In this document: one piece after another, positions 9,664-19,879 of the stretch
How the letters are laid out: each line of letters begins with the position of its first letter
How positions within the stretch are numbered: position 1 is the first letter of the stretch
NCBI GenBank assembly: GCA_039809905.1
Contig: JBDHVY010000001.1
Location: forward strand, 810,001 to 842,000
Direction of reading: 5' to 3'
Origin: Candidatus Babelota bacterium
GTDB taxonomy: Bacteria > Babelota > Babeliae > Babelales > Vermiphilaceae
Length of the DNA stretch: 32,000 nucleotides
Notes under the pieces: model-generated
Databases searched by the model: none
What the model was told of the DNA's origin: nothing
What the model saw: only the letters and a program-made list of their open reading frames with translations
Translations under genes and position numbers: made by a program

Positions 9664-9756
9664 AACAACTCTCTTTTCTTATATGATTATTTGTAAAAAT
9701 CTTAATCCTTTATATAATTATAATATATTATTATCCTTTAGTCTAAAGGGGTTGCT

Positions 9757-10248
9757 ATGAAATTTGAAAAATTGGTCTCTTTTTTTAGTAATAGCAAAGA
9801 TATTGAAACAACCGATATGTTCTACTGGTGGCTAATTATTGCCTTTGCCTTTCTGATTATGGAAATGGGACATCCAGGACTTTTCTTCTTTTTATCATTC
9901 TTTTTTGGTGGATTATCTGCAGCTGTAGCAAGTTATTTTACAAAATCGGTTATTGTCCAAACAATTTCTTTTTTTGGTAGTACAATTGTGGCATTATACA
10001 TTTTGCGCCATTGGGGAGTTTTTATCGTTGGTAAAAATCGATCTCATCAACATACTAATTTTTATGCTTTAAAAGGCAAACGAGCTCTTGTAACACAAGA
10101 TATTACTGGTGAACAACCTGGATTAGTTACCATAGGGGGTCAAATTTGGGCAGCGCGAGTTGTGCATCATGATGATCGCATTTTTATTGGTGATGTTGTT
10201 GAAGTTATTGATGTCCGTGGTGCGCACGTTGTAGTAAAAAAAGTATAA
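9757..10248 (+). CDS. NfeD family membrane protein
   Basis: 163 aa. TM segments plus OB-fold tail ALKGKRALVTQDITGEQPGLVTIGGQIWAARV...DDRIFIGDVVEVIDVRGAHVVVKKV. It directly precedes an SPFH gene. Confidence 0.85.
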   Translation: MKFEKLVSFFSNSKDIETTDMFYWWLIIAFAFLIMEMGHPGLFFFLSFFFGGLSAAVASYFTKSVIVQTISFFGSTIVALYILRHWGVFIVGKNRSHQHTNFYALKGKRALVTQDITGEQPGLVTIGGQIWAARVVHHDDRIFIGDVVEVIDVRGAHVVVKKV

Positions 10249-10257
10249 GGAGCTTTC

Positions 10258-11211
10258 ATGTTTACACTCTATGCAACAGCAATTTTTTTCGGAATAGTGT
10301 TTCTTTTTTTGATTATCTTATTGTCTAAATCAGTGTATTTAGTGCAACAAGCAGAAGTTATGATTATTGAACGTCTGGGTAAATATGATCGTATTATTGG
10401 ACCAGGATTGCATATCGTAGTGCCATTTATTGAGCAACCACGAAAAGTTGTCTGGACATTTATGCAATCAGAAAACGGTGGTAAGCGGTATTATAGTGTT
10501 ACTCAAATTTTAGATCGTATTGATTTACGTGAATCGGTATATGATTTTCCTAAGCAAAACGTTATTACTAAAGATAATGTGACTATGGAAATTAATGCGT
10601 TACTTTATTATCAGATTACTGATCCTAAAGCCGCAGTGTATGAAATTAATAATATGCCAGAAGCAATTGAGAAATATACGCAAACTCGTTTGCGTGATAT
10701 TATTGGTTCAATGGATTTGGATGAAACACTTGTCTCTCGCAACACCATTAATGCTCGTTTGACAGAAATTTTGGATGAAGCAACTGATAAATGGGGTGTT
10801 AAAGTTAATCGTGTTGAATTACAAGAAGTTAATCCGCCTGCAGATATTCGAGTTGCAATGGAAAAACAAATGCGTGCAGAACGTGAACGCCGTGAAATGA
10901 TTTTGCGTTCTGAAGGTAAAAAACAATCAGCAATTTTAGAAGCTGAAGGTATTAAAGAAGCTGCGATATTAGAAGCTGAAGGCCAGGCGCAATCGCGTAT
11001 TAAAATAGCAGAAGCTGAAAGCAGAGCTATTGCTATGCTTCAAGAAGCAGCACATACAGATCCTTTGCCATATCTTATTGCAATGCAATATGTTAAAACA
11101 TTGCCTGAAATGGTAAAAGGAAAAGATGATAAATTAGTTGTTATTCCCTACGAAGCAAGTTCAATGATTGGTTCATTGGCAACGATGAAGCAATTGTTTG
11201 AGAAGGTATAA
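10258..11211 (+). CDS. SPFH/band-7 stomatin-like protein (QmcA-type)
   Basis: 317 aa. N-terminal TM; VQQAEVMIIERLGKYDRIIGPGLHIVVPFIEQPRKVVW, PKQNVITKDNVTMEINALLYYQITDP, MEKQMRAERERREMILRSEGKKQSAILEAEG. Confidence 0.95.
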   Translation: MFTLYATAIFFGIVFLFLIILLSKSVYLVQQAEVMIIERLGKYDRIIGPGLHIVVPFIEQPRKVVWTFMQSENGGKRYYSVTQILDRIDLRESVYDFPKQNVITKDNVTMEINALLYYQITDPKAAVYEINNMPEAIEKYTQTRLRDIIGSMDLDETLVSRNTINARLTEILDEATDKWGVKVNRVELQEVNPPADIRVAMEKQMRAERERREMILRSEGKKQSAILEAEGIKEAAILEAEGQAQSRIKIAEAESRAIAMLQEAAHTDPLPYLIAMQYVKTLPEMVKGKDDKLVVIPYEASSMIGSLATMKQLFEKV

Positions 11212-11225
11212 AATTACTTGAACCC

Positions 11226-11257
11226 AAAAAAACCCGGTGATAAACCGGGTTTTTTTA
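11226..11257. terminator. bidirectional Rho-independent terminator
   Basis: AAAAAAACCCGGTgataaACCGGGTTTTTTTA. Perfect AACCCGGT/ACCGGGTT stem with A- and T-tracts, between convergent genes. Confidence 0.9.
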
Positions 11258-11265
11258 TTTATATC

Positions 11266-11616
11266 TTATTCTGTTTTGAATCGTATTCTTCTTCGTATTC
11301 TGCGTAGATCTTTCTTTTTTTTAATCTCAAGATCTGGATTAATGGTGTATTCACGATAAGTAGAGCGAGGGACAATAAAATTTTTTATGGGCTTCTTACC
11401 TATTTTCAGATAAAGGTATAAATCAGGTTGTTCAGGAGATGTTTGTATTGGCATTGCAATATACGTATTATTCTTTATCTTTCTTTCTTGAAGACCATTA
11501 ATATCTTTATAATAAATGGTAATAGATTTCTTTGAGACGTTGTCAATATTGACTTGCACTTGACCACAAAAAATATTGAGTGTAGATAATAGACACAATA
11601 GAGATATGTGTTTCAT
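11266..11616 (-). CDS. small secreted hypothetical protein
   Basis: 116 aa. Signal peptide MKHISLLCLLSTLNIFCG. The start overlaps the upstream gene's stop (TAATG). Confidence 0.6.
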   Translation of the reverse strand: MKHISLLCLLSTLNIFCGQVQVNIDNVSKKSITIYYKDINGLQERKIKNNTYIAMPIQTSPEQPDLYLYLKIGKKPIKNFIVPRSTYREYTINPDLEIKKKKDLRRIRRRIRFKTE

Positions 11617-12086
11617 TATTCAATTTCCAATCGTGCAACTTCTTCTGGTGCAGAAAGCGATTTGTTTTTTCTTCTGATGATTATACTATTTTCTTCAACT
11701 GATCGTGATAATTTTAAAGTATCACCATTATTGGCAGAAATGGTTGCTTTTTTAGGATATCGAAGATTTGGATTATAAAATGAAATATCTGATGTCCCAT
11801 CTAAATTTTTTTGAGGATGATGTATTTTAAAAAGATTAGTATGGCATAGTGGTACTGTTGTGCTAAAAACATAGCAACTTCCACAGCAAGATTGTTTTAT
11901 TTTATATTCAATATTTACCGGAAGAACTTCCTTTGCGTCTACTGTTACTTGATTATTGTGATAATAAGTGACATTTCTTGGATCTTTTTCTGCAGCCTGA
12001 GAAATATACACAAATGTTGTTGCGGTCATTATTAATAAAACGAGCAATTGTCTGTGTGTGGTTGTTTTTGTATTAAAATGATTCAT
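11616..12086 (-). CDS. small secreted hypothetical protein with CC..C cysteine cluster
   Basis: 156 aa. Signal segment LLVLLIMTATTFVYISQAA; KQSCCGSCYVFSTTVPLC. The start overlaps the upstream gene's stop (ATGA). Confidence 0.6.
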   Translation of the reverse strand: MNHFNTKTTTHRQLLVLLIMTATTFVYISQAAEKDPRNVTYYHNNQVTVDAKEVLPVNIEYKIKQSCCGSCYVFSTTVPLCHTNLFKIHHPQKNLDGTSDISFYNPNLRYPKKATISANNGDTLKLSRSVEENSIIIRRKNKSLSAPEEVARLEIE

Positions 12087-12553
12087 GTGTTTTCAGCTGT
12101 TGTATCTTGTGGTGGAAAGTTTTCGTTATCAATAATATCTATTATTTTTTTAGTGACCTCAGAGTACACTTCTTCAAAGCAATTTTCAAGTTCTTCGAGA
12201 TTATTAATAGTAATATTTTTATGGGCAACTTTTTCAATAATAATCTTCATTATTCCATGAATAATATTTGCAACTGAATGTCCAATATTAGGACGACTAT
12301 GCGGATCTTGCGCGATATTAAGTGCTCCATTCATTATTTGCCCAACACCTGCTAAAATGATTGGATTGGGCTGATAGCCGGTTGATTGTTTTTCCGTATC
12401 ATTCCGATCATTATTATCGTCATTGTCATCTTGGAATTTATTATACTGAGATGAGTTCTGTTTTGGTTTGTGTTTTTCTCTACCCAGACAGGTTTGGATC
12501 GATGCTATAGATACTATAGTACATACTAATAGGATAAGGGACGTAGACTTCAT
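12083..12553 (-). CDS. small secreted hypothetical protein
   Basis: Start placed at the internal ATG (complement of 12551-12553) giving signal peptide MKSTSLILLVCTIVSIASIQTC. The ORF track extends to 12643. Confidence 0.55.
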   Translation of the reverse strand: MKSTSLILLVCTIVSIASIQTCLGREKHKPKQNSSQYNKFQDDNDDNNDRNDTEKQSTGYQPNPIILAGVGQIMNGALNIAQDPHSRPNIGHSVANIIHGIMKIIIEKVAHKNITINNLEELENCFEEVYSEVTKKIIDIIDNENFPPQDTTAENT

Positions 12554-12655
12554 ATGCATAGCTCTCCGATTTAGAAAATACATTTCATCATTGGTTCTGA
12601 TGCTCTGATAGCATTGAATTTTTCGCGATGTATTTGCAAGCAAAAAATAGTTTTT

Positions 12656-13939
12656 TTACTCTTTTCTAAAAATATGTACGAATTGTACATGCAGAGGAGT
12701 TGCTTTTTGGACCTGGAACAGAAAGTTTTTATACATTATTTCTTCATCTTTTTGAGGAACACGTTGGAATAGTTCTGCTAAAAACCCTGCCAACGAAACA
12801 GATCCTTCACTCACAAATATGATATTAAGGAACGTACCCAAATCTTCAAGAGTGATTGTTGCATCAACAAGCCATTCATCTTCTCCCATAGGCATTATTT
12901 TACCAATAGTTGATTCATGTTCATCGCTAATTTCACCAACAATTTCTTCAATAAGATCTTCTAGGGTCACAAGGCCCGTGAGTGTGCCATGATCATTAAT
13001 AACCATAGCGATATGAATTTGTTTTTCTCGAAATTTTCCTAAAAGCTGAATTACTTTCATGCTTTCTGGCACAAACATAAGAGGTCGAATGATTTCTTGG
13101 AGGACCTTTTTTTCGCCTTTCGAGAACATAATGAAGAGATCTTTTTGATGCACCATTCCTACAATATTGTGGCGTGATCCTTCGTAGACAGGAATGCGCG
13201 TGTAAGAATGTTGTGAGAAAAAGCTAAATACTTGTTCCATAGGAGTGTTTATATCAAGAGAAACTATTTTTTCTGCAGACATCATCACTTCTTTGATAGG
13301 AGTATTACCCAGCTGGAAAACGTTTTGAAGCATCTCTCTTTTTTCAAGTTCCAAAAGACCTTTTTCATGAATATAATTAATCAAAAATTGAATTTCTGGT
13401 TCTGAAGCTATCCACTGAGAAGAACTTTCAAGAGCTTCATGTCCACCAACTTTGTAGATAACGTAATCAGAAAATTTTGCCAAAATGATAACAAATGGGT
13501 AAAGCGTGTAATAAATGCAATTGATCAGCCAAAGAACTGATTTAAAAGCTTGCTCGCTGCGTACACGAGCAAAGCTTTTTGGTAAAATTTCGCCAAAAAC
13601 AACAATGCCAAGTGATGCAAACATAATACCAAGAGTGAATCCAAAACCACTTGAAAGCCCAACATGGGTAAAAATGGTACTCATGATAAATGTTGCCAAG
13701 GATGCTGCTGATACATCAACAAAGCTATTAGCAACAATGATAGTAACAAGTACACGTTGTGGATTTTTCTCTAATGTTTGCAAAAGAGGTTGGTATTCTG
13801 TTGTGGAATGAGCAAGCTCTTTGAGTCTATAAAGACGCAATGCAGTAATACTCGTTTCCAAAAATGATAATGTTGCTCGGCAACACAACGCAATACACAA
13901 TAAAATAAAGGGGGTAATCAGCTGGCTATAAGGTTCCAT
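12656..13939 (-). CDS. DUF21/CNNM + CBS pair + CorC_HlyC domain membrane protein
   Basis: 427 aa. SFLETSITALRLYRLKEL, FGEILPKSFARVR, GHEALE, two CBS segments (MMSAEKIVSLDINTPMEQVFSFFSQHSYTRIPVYEG; MFVPESMKVIQLLGKFREKQIHIAMVINDHGTLTGLVTLEDLIEEIVGEI), and C-terminal DEWLVDATITLEDLGTFL. Confidence 0.9.
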   Translation of the reverse strand: MEPYSQLITPFILLCIALCCRATLSFLETSITALRLYRLKELAHSTTEYQPLLQTLEKNPQRVLVTIIVANSFVDVSAASLATFIMSTIFTHVGLSSGFGFTLGIMFASLGIVVFGEILPKSFARVRSEQAFKSVLWLINCIYYTLYPFVIILAKFSDYVIYKVGGHEALESSSQWIASEPEIQFLINYIHEKGLLELEKREMLQNVFQLGNTPIKEVMMSAEKIVSLDINTPMEQVFSFFSQHSYTRIPVYEGSRHNIVGMVHQKDLFIMFSKGEKKVLQEIIRPLMFVPESMKVIQLLGKFREKQIHIAMVINDHGTLTGLVTLEDLIEEIVGEISDEHESTIGKIMPMGEDEWLVDATITLEDLGTFLNIIFVSEGSVSLAGFLAELFQRVPQKDEEIMYKNFLFQVQKATPLHVQFVHIFRKE

Positions 13940-13962
13940 ACGTGCTAACTCTTTCTTTATTT

Positions 13963-15897
13963 TTATTCTTCATCATCATGTTCGTCATCAATATCTTCTT
14001 GATCATCACCCAGATCATCATCTGAACTATTTTCATCAAGGTTTTCTTTATCTTCCATTTCTTTTTCGAAAAACGCAAGAAGTCTTTTACTGCGAGATGG
14101 ATGACGTAGTTTTCTTAATGCTTTTACCTCAATTTGTCGGATACGTTCACGTGTTACTGAAAAGTCTTTACCAACTTCTTCAAGAGTATGTTCTGATGCG
14201 ACATCTATACCAAACCGCATTTTAAGTACTTTTTCTTCTCGTGGTGTTAATGTTTTTAACACTTCTCGTACACGATCTTTTAAATCTGAGTTTGCAACAG
14301 TATCGGCAGGTGAAGATTCTTTATCGTTTTCAATAAAGTCTTTAATATATGCATCTTCACTATCACCCACAGGTGTTTCCAAAGATATAGGTTCTTTTGA
14401 GATCTTGATTATGTTTTTAATCTTTTTCTCGTCAAGGTTTAATTCTTTTGCAAGTTCTGTATATGTTGGTTCTCGACCATTTTCTTGTACGAATGTTCGT
14501 TTGATTTTATTAATTTTATTAAGTGTTTCAACCATATGAACAGGAACACGAATAGTACGAGATTGATCAGCAATCGCACGAGTAATTGCCTGACGAATCC
14601 ACCATGTTGCATAGGTAGAGAATTTATAACCACGTTCAAATTCAAATTTTTCCACGGCCTTCATTAATCCGATATTACCTTCTTGGATTAAATCTAAGAA
14701 ATGTAATCCACGATTAACGTATTTTTTAGCAATATTAACTACCAAGCGTAAATTGGCTTTAGCAAGGTTATCTTTGGCGATTTTATCCTGCTTTTGGCCT
14801 AAAACAAGTTGATTATAATAGTTAAGAATAAGATTTTTAGGCAGGCCGATTTCAACTTCAAGTTTTTTCAATGTTTTTGTGGCAGCTCGCATAGATGATT
14901 CAAGCTCTTCCATTTCAGTCTTTTGCGTTGGGGTTAATGACGGAAGATCTTGATATTCTTTTAATTGAGCAGCAGATGCTTGAGCAACTATTTCTTTTTC
15001 ATTGAACTTGGCGATATATTTTTCGATTCTTTTACAGAATTTTCTAATGAGCTTATTAGAAAATCTGATGGTGCGGATTGTTTCGCCAATTTTTTCTTTA
15101 TTTGCCTTGACCGCATCGAGCATTTCTTTTTTCTTTTTTGGGTCTGCTAACTGGCTACGGTAGGTATGATAAATTTTTTCTTCATTTTGAATAAGACTAT
15201 TAACATGCGCTATTGTTTGCAATAAATCGCGTTTTTCTTCTTCAACTTTTGGAATGTTGTCTTCATCAAATTCAGAAAATTGAATAATATCTTTGAGATT
15301 GAGAATGTTTTTTTCAAGTTTTTCGCCCATTTGAACAAATTCTTTGTGTAAAAATGGAAAACGTGAAATTGCTTCGATGCTATTGCTTTTGCTTTGAGCG
15401 ATTTGATCAGCAATAGTAGTTTCTGTTTTTTTATTTAAAAGAGGTATTTTACCAATATCGCGTAGATATGATTTAACGCTATCGGCGACGCTTGACTCTG
15501 TTTCACGCTTAACTTCGCTGCCATCATCGTCTTCATCTTCTTCATTTTCTTCTTCTTCTTCAAATTCTCCTGATTCAAGACCGTAAGTTTCAAGCTTTGT
15601 TTTGAGTTTGAGTCGAGAAGGTTCAAGCTCTTCAAGTTCGTCTTTTTTAAGGTCGTCACTCTCAAGCTCTTCTTGAGTAACTAATTCAACATTTTCTCTT
15701 TCAAGAACACGCAAGATATCAGTAATTTCTGCATCAGTTACGTTATTTTTATCACCAAACGCGATGAGTTCTTCATAGCTTAACATGCCGTTGAGCTTGC
15801 ATTTTTCAATAAATTCTTCAATAATTTCTTTATGCAAATCAACATTGTTAATTGTTTTTTTAACAGTTTTTTTAGCAGTAGGCTTTGCCTTGGTCAT
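13963..15897 (-). CDS. rpoD: RNA polymerase primary sigma factor (sigma-70)
   Basis: 644 aa. [64 protein letters not shown] (region 2) and [33 protein letters not shown] (region 4). Adjacent to dnaG. Confidence 0.98.
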   Translation of the reverse strand: MTKAKPTAKKTVKKTINNVDLHKEIIEEFIEKCKLNGMLSYEELIAFGDKNNVTDAEITDILRVLERENVELVTQEELESDDLKKDELEELEPSRLKLKTKLETYGLESGEFEEEEENEEDEDDDGSEVKRETESSVADSVKSYLRDIGKIPLLNKKTETTIADQIAQSKSNSIEAISRFPFLHKEFVQMGEKLEKNILNLKDIIQFSEFDEDNIPKVEEEKRDLLQTIAHVNSLIQNEEKIYHTYRSQLADPKKKKEMLDAVKANKEKIGETIRTIRFSNKLIRKFCKRIEKYIAKFNEKEIVAQASAAQLKEYQDLPSLTPTQKTEMEELESSMRAATKTLKKLEVEIGLPKNLILNYYNQLVLGQKQDKIAKDNLAKANLRLVVNIAKKYVNRGLHFLDLIQEGNIGLMKAVEKFEFERGYKFSTYATWWIRQAITRAIADQSRTIRVPVHMVETLNKINKIKRTFVQENGREPTYTELAKELNLDEKKIKNIIKISKEPISLETPVGDSEDAYIKDFIENDKESSPADTVANSDLKDRVREVLKTLTPREEKVLKMRFGIDVASEHTLEEVGKDFSVTRERIRQIEVKALRKLRHPSRSKRLLAFFEKEMEDKENLDENSSDDDLGDDQEDIDDEHDDEE

Positions 15898-15941
15898 CGT
15901 TTTTTCCCCGCCATATTTTTTATTACGTTACTTAGAGGCCA

Positions 15942-17690
15942 TTATGGAGCAGTAATTAATTTATTCTGAAGTTCTACAAAATCTTGTAATATAAGAGCTA
16001 CTTTTTCGCTATCACCTTCTTGTTTTGCCTGATTCAATTGTGCTTTTATATCGCGAACAATGTTTTTCCATTGTTTCTTTTGGAGTTGATCCAGAAGTTT
16101 ATCAAAGGCAACAGCATCTACTATTTCATATTCTTCAAGAAGTAATCTGCTTACATATTGTTTATCATGTTCATTCAGTGTATCAAAAAAATAACTAAAG
16201 GAAACAGTTTCAGTTTTTTCCTTAGTTGTTTTTAGCTGTGCGAGAATGTCTCGCAAGGGGGAGGGTAAATATCTGATGAGTTGCAATCTGTCTTCCCCGA
16301 TAAATAAATCCATATTGTTCATTATAGCACAAAATATTCGTTTTTCTAGCAAGGTTATTGCTTCAGATTCTGTGGTTGTTGTGGATTGAGTTGGTTCTTG
16401 CTGAGAAGGTGTTTTATCTTGCAATCGTTCTAACTCCTGTTTGAGAGCTTCAAAAGGAATATCGAATATTTTTGCTGCTTTTTGCAGCAAGATATCTTTT
16501 TTCAAATGGTCATTAATGGCGGTGATTACGGTTAAAAATGAACGAGTGGTTTGTATTTTTTGTGATAAGGGTTTGCTGAGAAAGTTATGACCAAGCGCGT
16601 TTAAAAAGAAGTGAAAAATATCCTGAGCTCCTGAAACAAGAGCTTGAAAATCCCCTCCTTTGCCCAAAAATGATGCTGGATCTTCACCGGTGGGCAACAT
16701 GATAACTTTGAGCTCCAAGTTAACGTGCCAACAAAGTTCTGTTAAGCGTAAAACGGCCGATCTTCCGGCATTATCATTGTCATATACTACGAAAATATGC
16801 TCAGCGTAACGAGCAAGTTGCTTAAGGTGTTCTACCGTACACGCAGTACCCAGTGTTGCAACTGTATTGGATAGACCCTGCTCAGTCATTGCCATGCAGT
16901 CAGTATAGCCTTCAACAAGAAATATTTTACCTGTTTCTTGGATGCTTTTCTTTGCTTTATCAAGATTAAACAGGAGTGATCCTTTGATAAAGTATTCATT
17001 TTCACGGGAATTATAATATTTGGGACGAGTATCATGATCTTTGAATATTCTGCCTCCAAATCCACAATATCTTCCTAAAGCATCCTTAATCGGAAAAATG
17101 AGCCGTTCTTCAAATGGCGAATAAAGAGTTGTTCTTCCTTCTGCCAAAATGTGAGCATTGATCAAATCTTGGGCTAAAATTGATTGCCGTTTCATCGCAT
17201 AAAGTAAATCATTGATGGCAGCATTGCCACTGGGAAAATAGCCGAGTGTAAAGTAATTAAATGTTTGCGGAGTAAACCCACGACGATGAAAATAAGACTG
17301 TGCATTTGGATTTTTTAATAATTGCTCGTGGCACCACAAAGCAACTGCTTTGCATACAGTAAAATAATGATTTTTTTCATCACTGTTTTTTTCTGATTCA
17401 AACGAAATATTGTGAGGTAGTTCTAGACTATATTTTTCCACAAGCAATTGAGCGGCGTCTTTTTGAGAGCAATTTTCAATTTTTGCCATAAATGAAATAA
17501 CATCGCCAGAAAGATGACAACCAAAGCAATAAAATATTTGTTTATCGGGGCTTACAGTAAAAGATGCTGTTTTTTCATGGTGAAAAGGACATGTGCCTTT
17601 ATGATACCCCCCAGCCCTTTTGAGCGTCACGTATTCGTTAACAACATCAAGAATTGAGATACGTTCTTTAATAAAACTAAAGATATTCAT
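15942..17690 (-). CDS. dnaG: DNA primase
   Basis: 582 aa. Zinc finger CPFHHEKTASFTVSPDKQIFYCFGC, FEERLIFPIKDALGRYCGFGGRIF, KIFLVEGYTDCMAMTEQG, IFVVYDNDNAGRSA. Confidence 0.98.
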   Translation of the reverse strand: MNIFSFIKERISILDVVNEYVTLKRAGGYHKGTCPFHHEKTASFTVSPDKQIFYCFGCHLSGDVISFMAKIENCSQKDAAQLLVEKYSLELPHNISFESEKNSDEKNHYFTVCKAVALWCHEQLLKNPNAQSYFHRRGFTPQTFNYFTLGYFPSGNAAINDLLYAMKRQSILAQDLINAHILAEGRTTLYSPFEERLIFPIKDALGRYCGFGGRIFKDHDTRPKYYNSRENEYFIKGSLLFNLDKAKKSIQETGKIFLVEGYTDCMAMTEQGLSNTVATLGTACTVEHLKQLARYAEHIFVVYDNDNAGRSAVLRLTELCWHVNLELKVIMLPTGEDPASFLGKGGDFQALVSGAQDIFHFFLNALGHNFLSKPLSQKIQTTRSFLTVITAINDHLKKDILLQKAAKIFDIPFEALKQELERLQDKTPSQQEPTQSTTTTESEAITLLEKRIFCAIMNNMDLFIGEDRLQLIRYLPSPLRDILAQLKTTKEKTETVSFSYFFDTLNEHDKQYVSRLLLEEYEIVDAVAFDKLLDQLQKKQWKNIVRDIKAQLNQAKQEGDSEKVALILQDFVELQNKLITAP

Positions 17691-17800
17691 GCGATTGTTT
17701 TTCGCCAGCTTATGAGGGTATGAAATATAATATTCATTAGTTTACTGAGCTTGCACAAATATTAAAGAGAGAAATATAAAAAATATTTTTCTAACTATTT

Positions 17801-18577
17801 TTAGAGATATTTTTTTGCGTTCCTTTTTAATCTTTTAATTTTTGATGGTTTGCTTTTTGGATCGTGTATAATAGGCGTTGGCTCAACTTTTGGGTTGATG
17901 ATAGCAGATATACCATTGTTTTTAAGGAGTATATCTGCAATATTATTATCTTGAGAGAAATTATTATTTTGCACTGCTATATTAAAGCAATTGATAATTT
18001 CTTCTGGTTGTTGATTAATAAGCCTTGCAGTTTCTTCTTTCTTTGAAAGGGCAAACCTTACCACTTCGGCATCATTGCTCATACATGCCCATAATAAGTC
18101 ACTGGGTAAACCAAAAACACCAGTAGTTATTTTTTTTTGCAAAAAACCATTGTGTTGCAACAATGCAACTGTTCTTTTATCATTATTTTTTTTAGCTATA
18201 AATTGAGGATTGATATGATATTCTTGGGAGTTTATCTTCATATAACAAGAAAATTGTTGATCTTCTCTAAAGTTTAAAAGCCATTCCATGACGTTATTAC
18301 TTTCTGAACGACTAACAGGCGCATAATGTAAGGCTGCAAGGAAAGCGCAATTTGTTTGTTCTTTTGTGGTATATTTATGTAGTTTTTCAGGCATTGGTGT
18401 TTTCAGCCAAAGAGATTTATCAGCAGCTCTCAGATTACGTTTGTCTTGTTGGGTAAGTGTTGTGCCAAAAAAGCCAAATGTTTTTTGTGTATGAGTTAAT
18501 TTCTTAGGTGCATCCATTGTGTAGCACGGTGATATATTGACTAAAAGGCAAGCAATTATATAGATGTGTTTATGCAT
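17801..18577 (-). CDS. secreted, degenerate ankyrin-like hypothetical protein
   Basis: 258 aa. Signal peptide MHKHIYIIACLLVNISPCYT; repeat-like AACMSNDAEVVRF/ADILLKNNGI-type patterns. Ankyrin call is weak. Confidence 0.5.
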   Translation of the reverse strand: MHKHIYIIACLLVNISPCYTMDAPKKLTHTQKTFGFFGTTLTQQDKRNLRAADKSLWLKTPMPEKLHKYTTKEQTNCAFLAALHYAPVSRSESNNVMEWLLNFREDQQFSCYMKINSQEYHINPQFIAKKNNDKRTVALLQHNGFLQKKITTGVFGLPSDLLWACMSNDAEVVRFALSKKEETARLINQQPEEIINCFNIAVQNNNFSQDNNIADILLKNNGISAIINPKVEPTPIIHDPKSKPSKIKRLKRNAKKYL

Positions 18578-18652
18578 AAAAACTTTCTTTATTTAAAAAT
18601 GTTTTCTTATTGCATTATGACACAGTTAAAATTATATGCAAGTTATGCGTGA

Positions 18653-19753
18653 TTAGATTGGATCAAGCAGACGTGATTGTTCTATTATTATATGTATTAT
18701 CTCTTTTGGTAAAAAAAGATGAGGATAATTTTGGAGTGCCCAGTAGAAGAATAGAAAGGGCTGAACAGGTGTTCTTCTTATAAGAAAAGTATTATTTAAA
18801 AGCAATCCAAAATATCTATTGCATGAAGATATATCACTAATTTTTTTGAAGTTATCAGAGCTACAAAATTTATGAGAATGCAATGAGTGTTTTGTTACAA
18901 GAGATTTATGCTTGAGATTATAAAAATACACATCATTGTCAAAAACAACCATTATCATTGTTGTATAAGGAACAAAATTAAAAGCATGACATTTGTCAGA
19001 AAAAGGCAGGATCTCTGTATGTTTAGTTTGAGGATTATATACAAAAATTTCATGCTTATCAGTGAGTAACCCTATTAATTCACCATCAGGGCTATATTTT
19101 ATGCAAGCAATAGAACTTTGTTCTGGCATGCGAGGATAAAGGCAATCAGTGGCGTGTTGACGATTCAAAGATTTTAACGATAGACCTGTATTACTACTGG
19201 GATACAAAATAGTTGGAATTTTAGGATGGCAATCCAGAGTGAAAACGATATTGTTACCCGTTACGGGAAGTTCTATGGAGGGTTTTTTATTAGAGATGAG
19301 TTGCCCTTTACAATACAAAAAAATGGAATCATCATGACCGAATGCGGCTGAGTAAGTAAGTATATTTTCCTGCTTTTTGTTTGTATCAGGGATTTCATAT
19401 GACCAAAGTTGTTGTTTTGTTGTGACATCATGAGCAAAAAAGGTCATATTGCTATTGTTTTCGGCAAAGGTACCAATTTTTTTTTTATCAGAATTGATAG
19501 TAATGTTATAAGTAGGATAATCATGGAGCTGTTCTATTGTGTAGTTTTCTGTAACAGGATAATGTATAAAAAAACAGCCCGAATCACCGCCAAGCGCTAA
19601 CATCTCTTTTTTTCCATTATTTACGAATGCGATAGATGTTATAGTTTTTATTTCATTAATATCAACTTTTAGAATTTCTGAATTCATTCCTAACAAAGTT
19701 ATCGAGTTAAGAAAGCAATAAATTGTAATCGATATGCAAGAAAAACTACGCAT
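18653..19753 (-). CDS. secreted beta-propeller-like (WD40-like) protein
   Basis: Start at the internal ATG (complement of 19751-19753) gives signal peptide MRSFSCISITIYCFLNSITLLG. Repeating pattern such as SIACIKYSPDGELIGLLTDKHEIFVYNPQTKH; C-terminus HLFLPKEIIHIIIEQSRLL. Confidence 0.6.
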   Translation of the reverse strand: MRSFSCISITIYCFLNSITLLGMNSEILKVDINEIKTITSIAFVNNGKKEMLALGGDSGCFFIHYPVTENYTIEQLHDYPTYNITINSDKKKIGTFAENNSNMTFFAHDVTTKQQLWSYEIPDTNKKQENILTYSAAFGHDDSIFLYCKGQLISNKKPSIELPVTGNNIVFTLDCHPKIPTILYPSSNTGLSLKSLNRQHATDCLYPRMPEQSSIACIKYSPDGELIGLLTDKHEIFVYNPQTKHTEILPFSDKCHAFNFVPYTTMIMVVFDNDVYFYNLKHKSLVTKHSLHSHKFCSSDNFKKISDISSCNRYFGLLLNNTFLIRRTPVQPFLFFYWALQNYPHLFLPKEIIHIIIEQSRLLDPI

Positions 19754-19879
19754 AGTTTTGCCTTTTCTTTTTATTTTTGAAACAGAATATTTGCTATTGT
19801 GGCGTATCCTAGCATATTTGCATATGATGTCCAATTTATTTATTATGAGCCAAAAACAACTCAAAGGAACGTAAAAATC

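Noticed and set aside
9757-11211. NfeD + SPFH pair as a novel system
   Set aside because: This is a well-known and widespread bacterial gene pair, so it is ordinary here.
15210-15665. Antisense ORFs over rpoD (67 and 76 aa), and other short antisense ORFs such as 13515..13811 and 30..70-aa frames in dnaG, mnmG and lgt
   Set aside because: They lie in another frame or strand of strongly supported genes, have no signal or domain pattern, and are expected by chance from codon bias.
13963-17690. dnaG-rpoD adjacency as unusual
   Set aside because: It matches the classical macromolecular synthesis operon order seen in many bacteria.
19799-19879. 27-residue N-terminal extension of the amine oxidase ORF
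   Set aside because: The Rossmann motif starts right after the ATG at 19880; the extension covers the divergent intergenic region.
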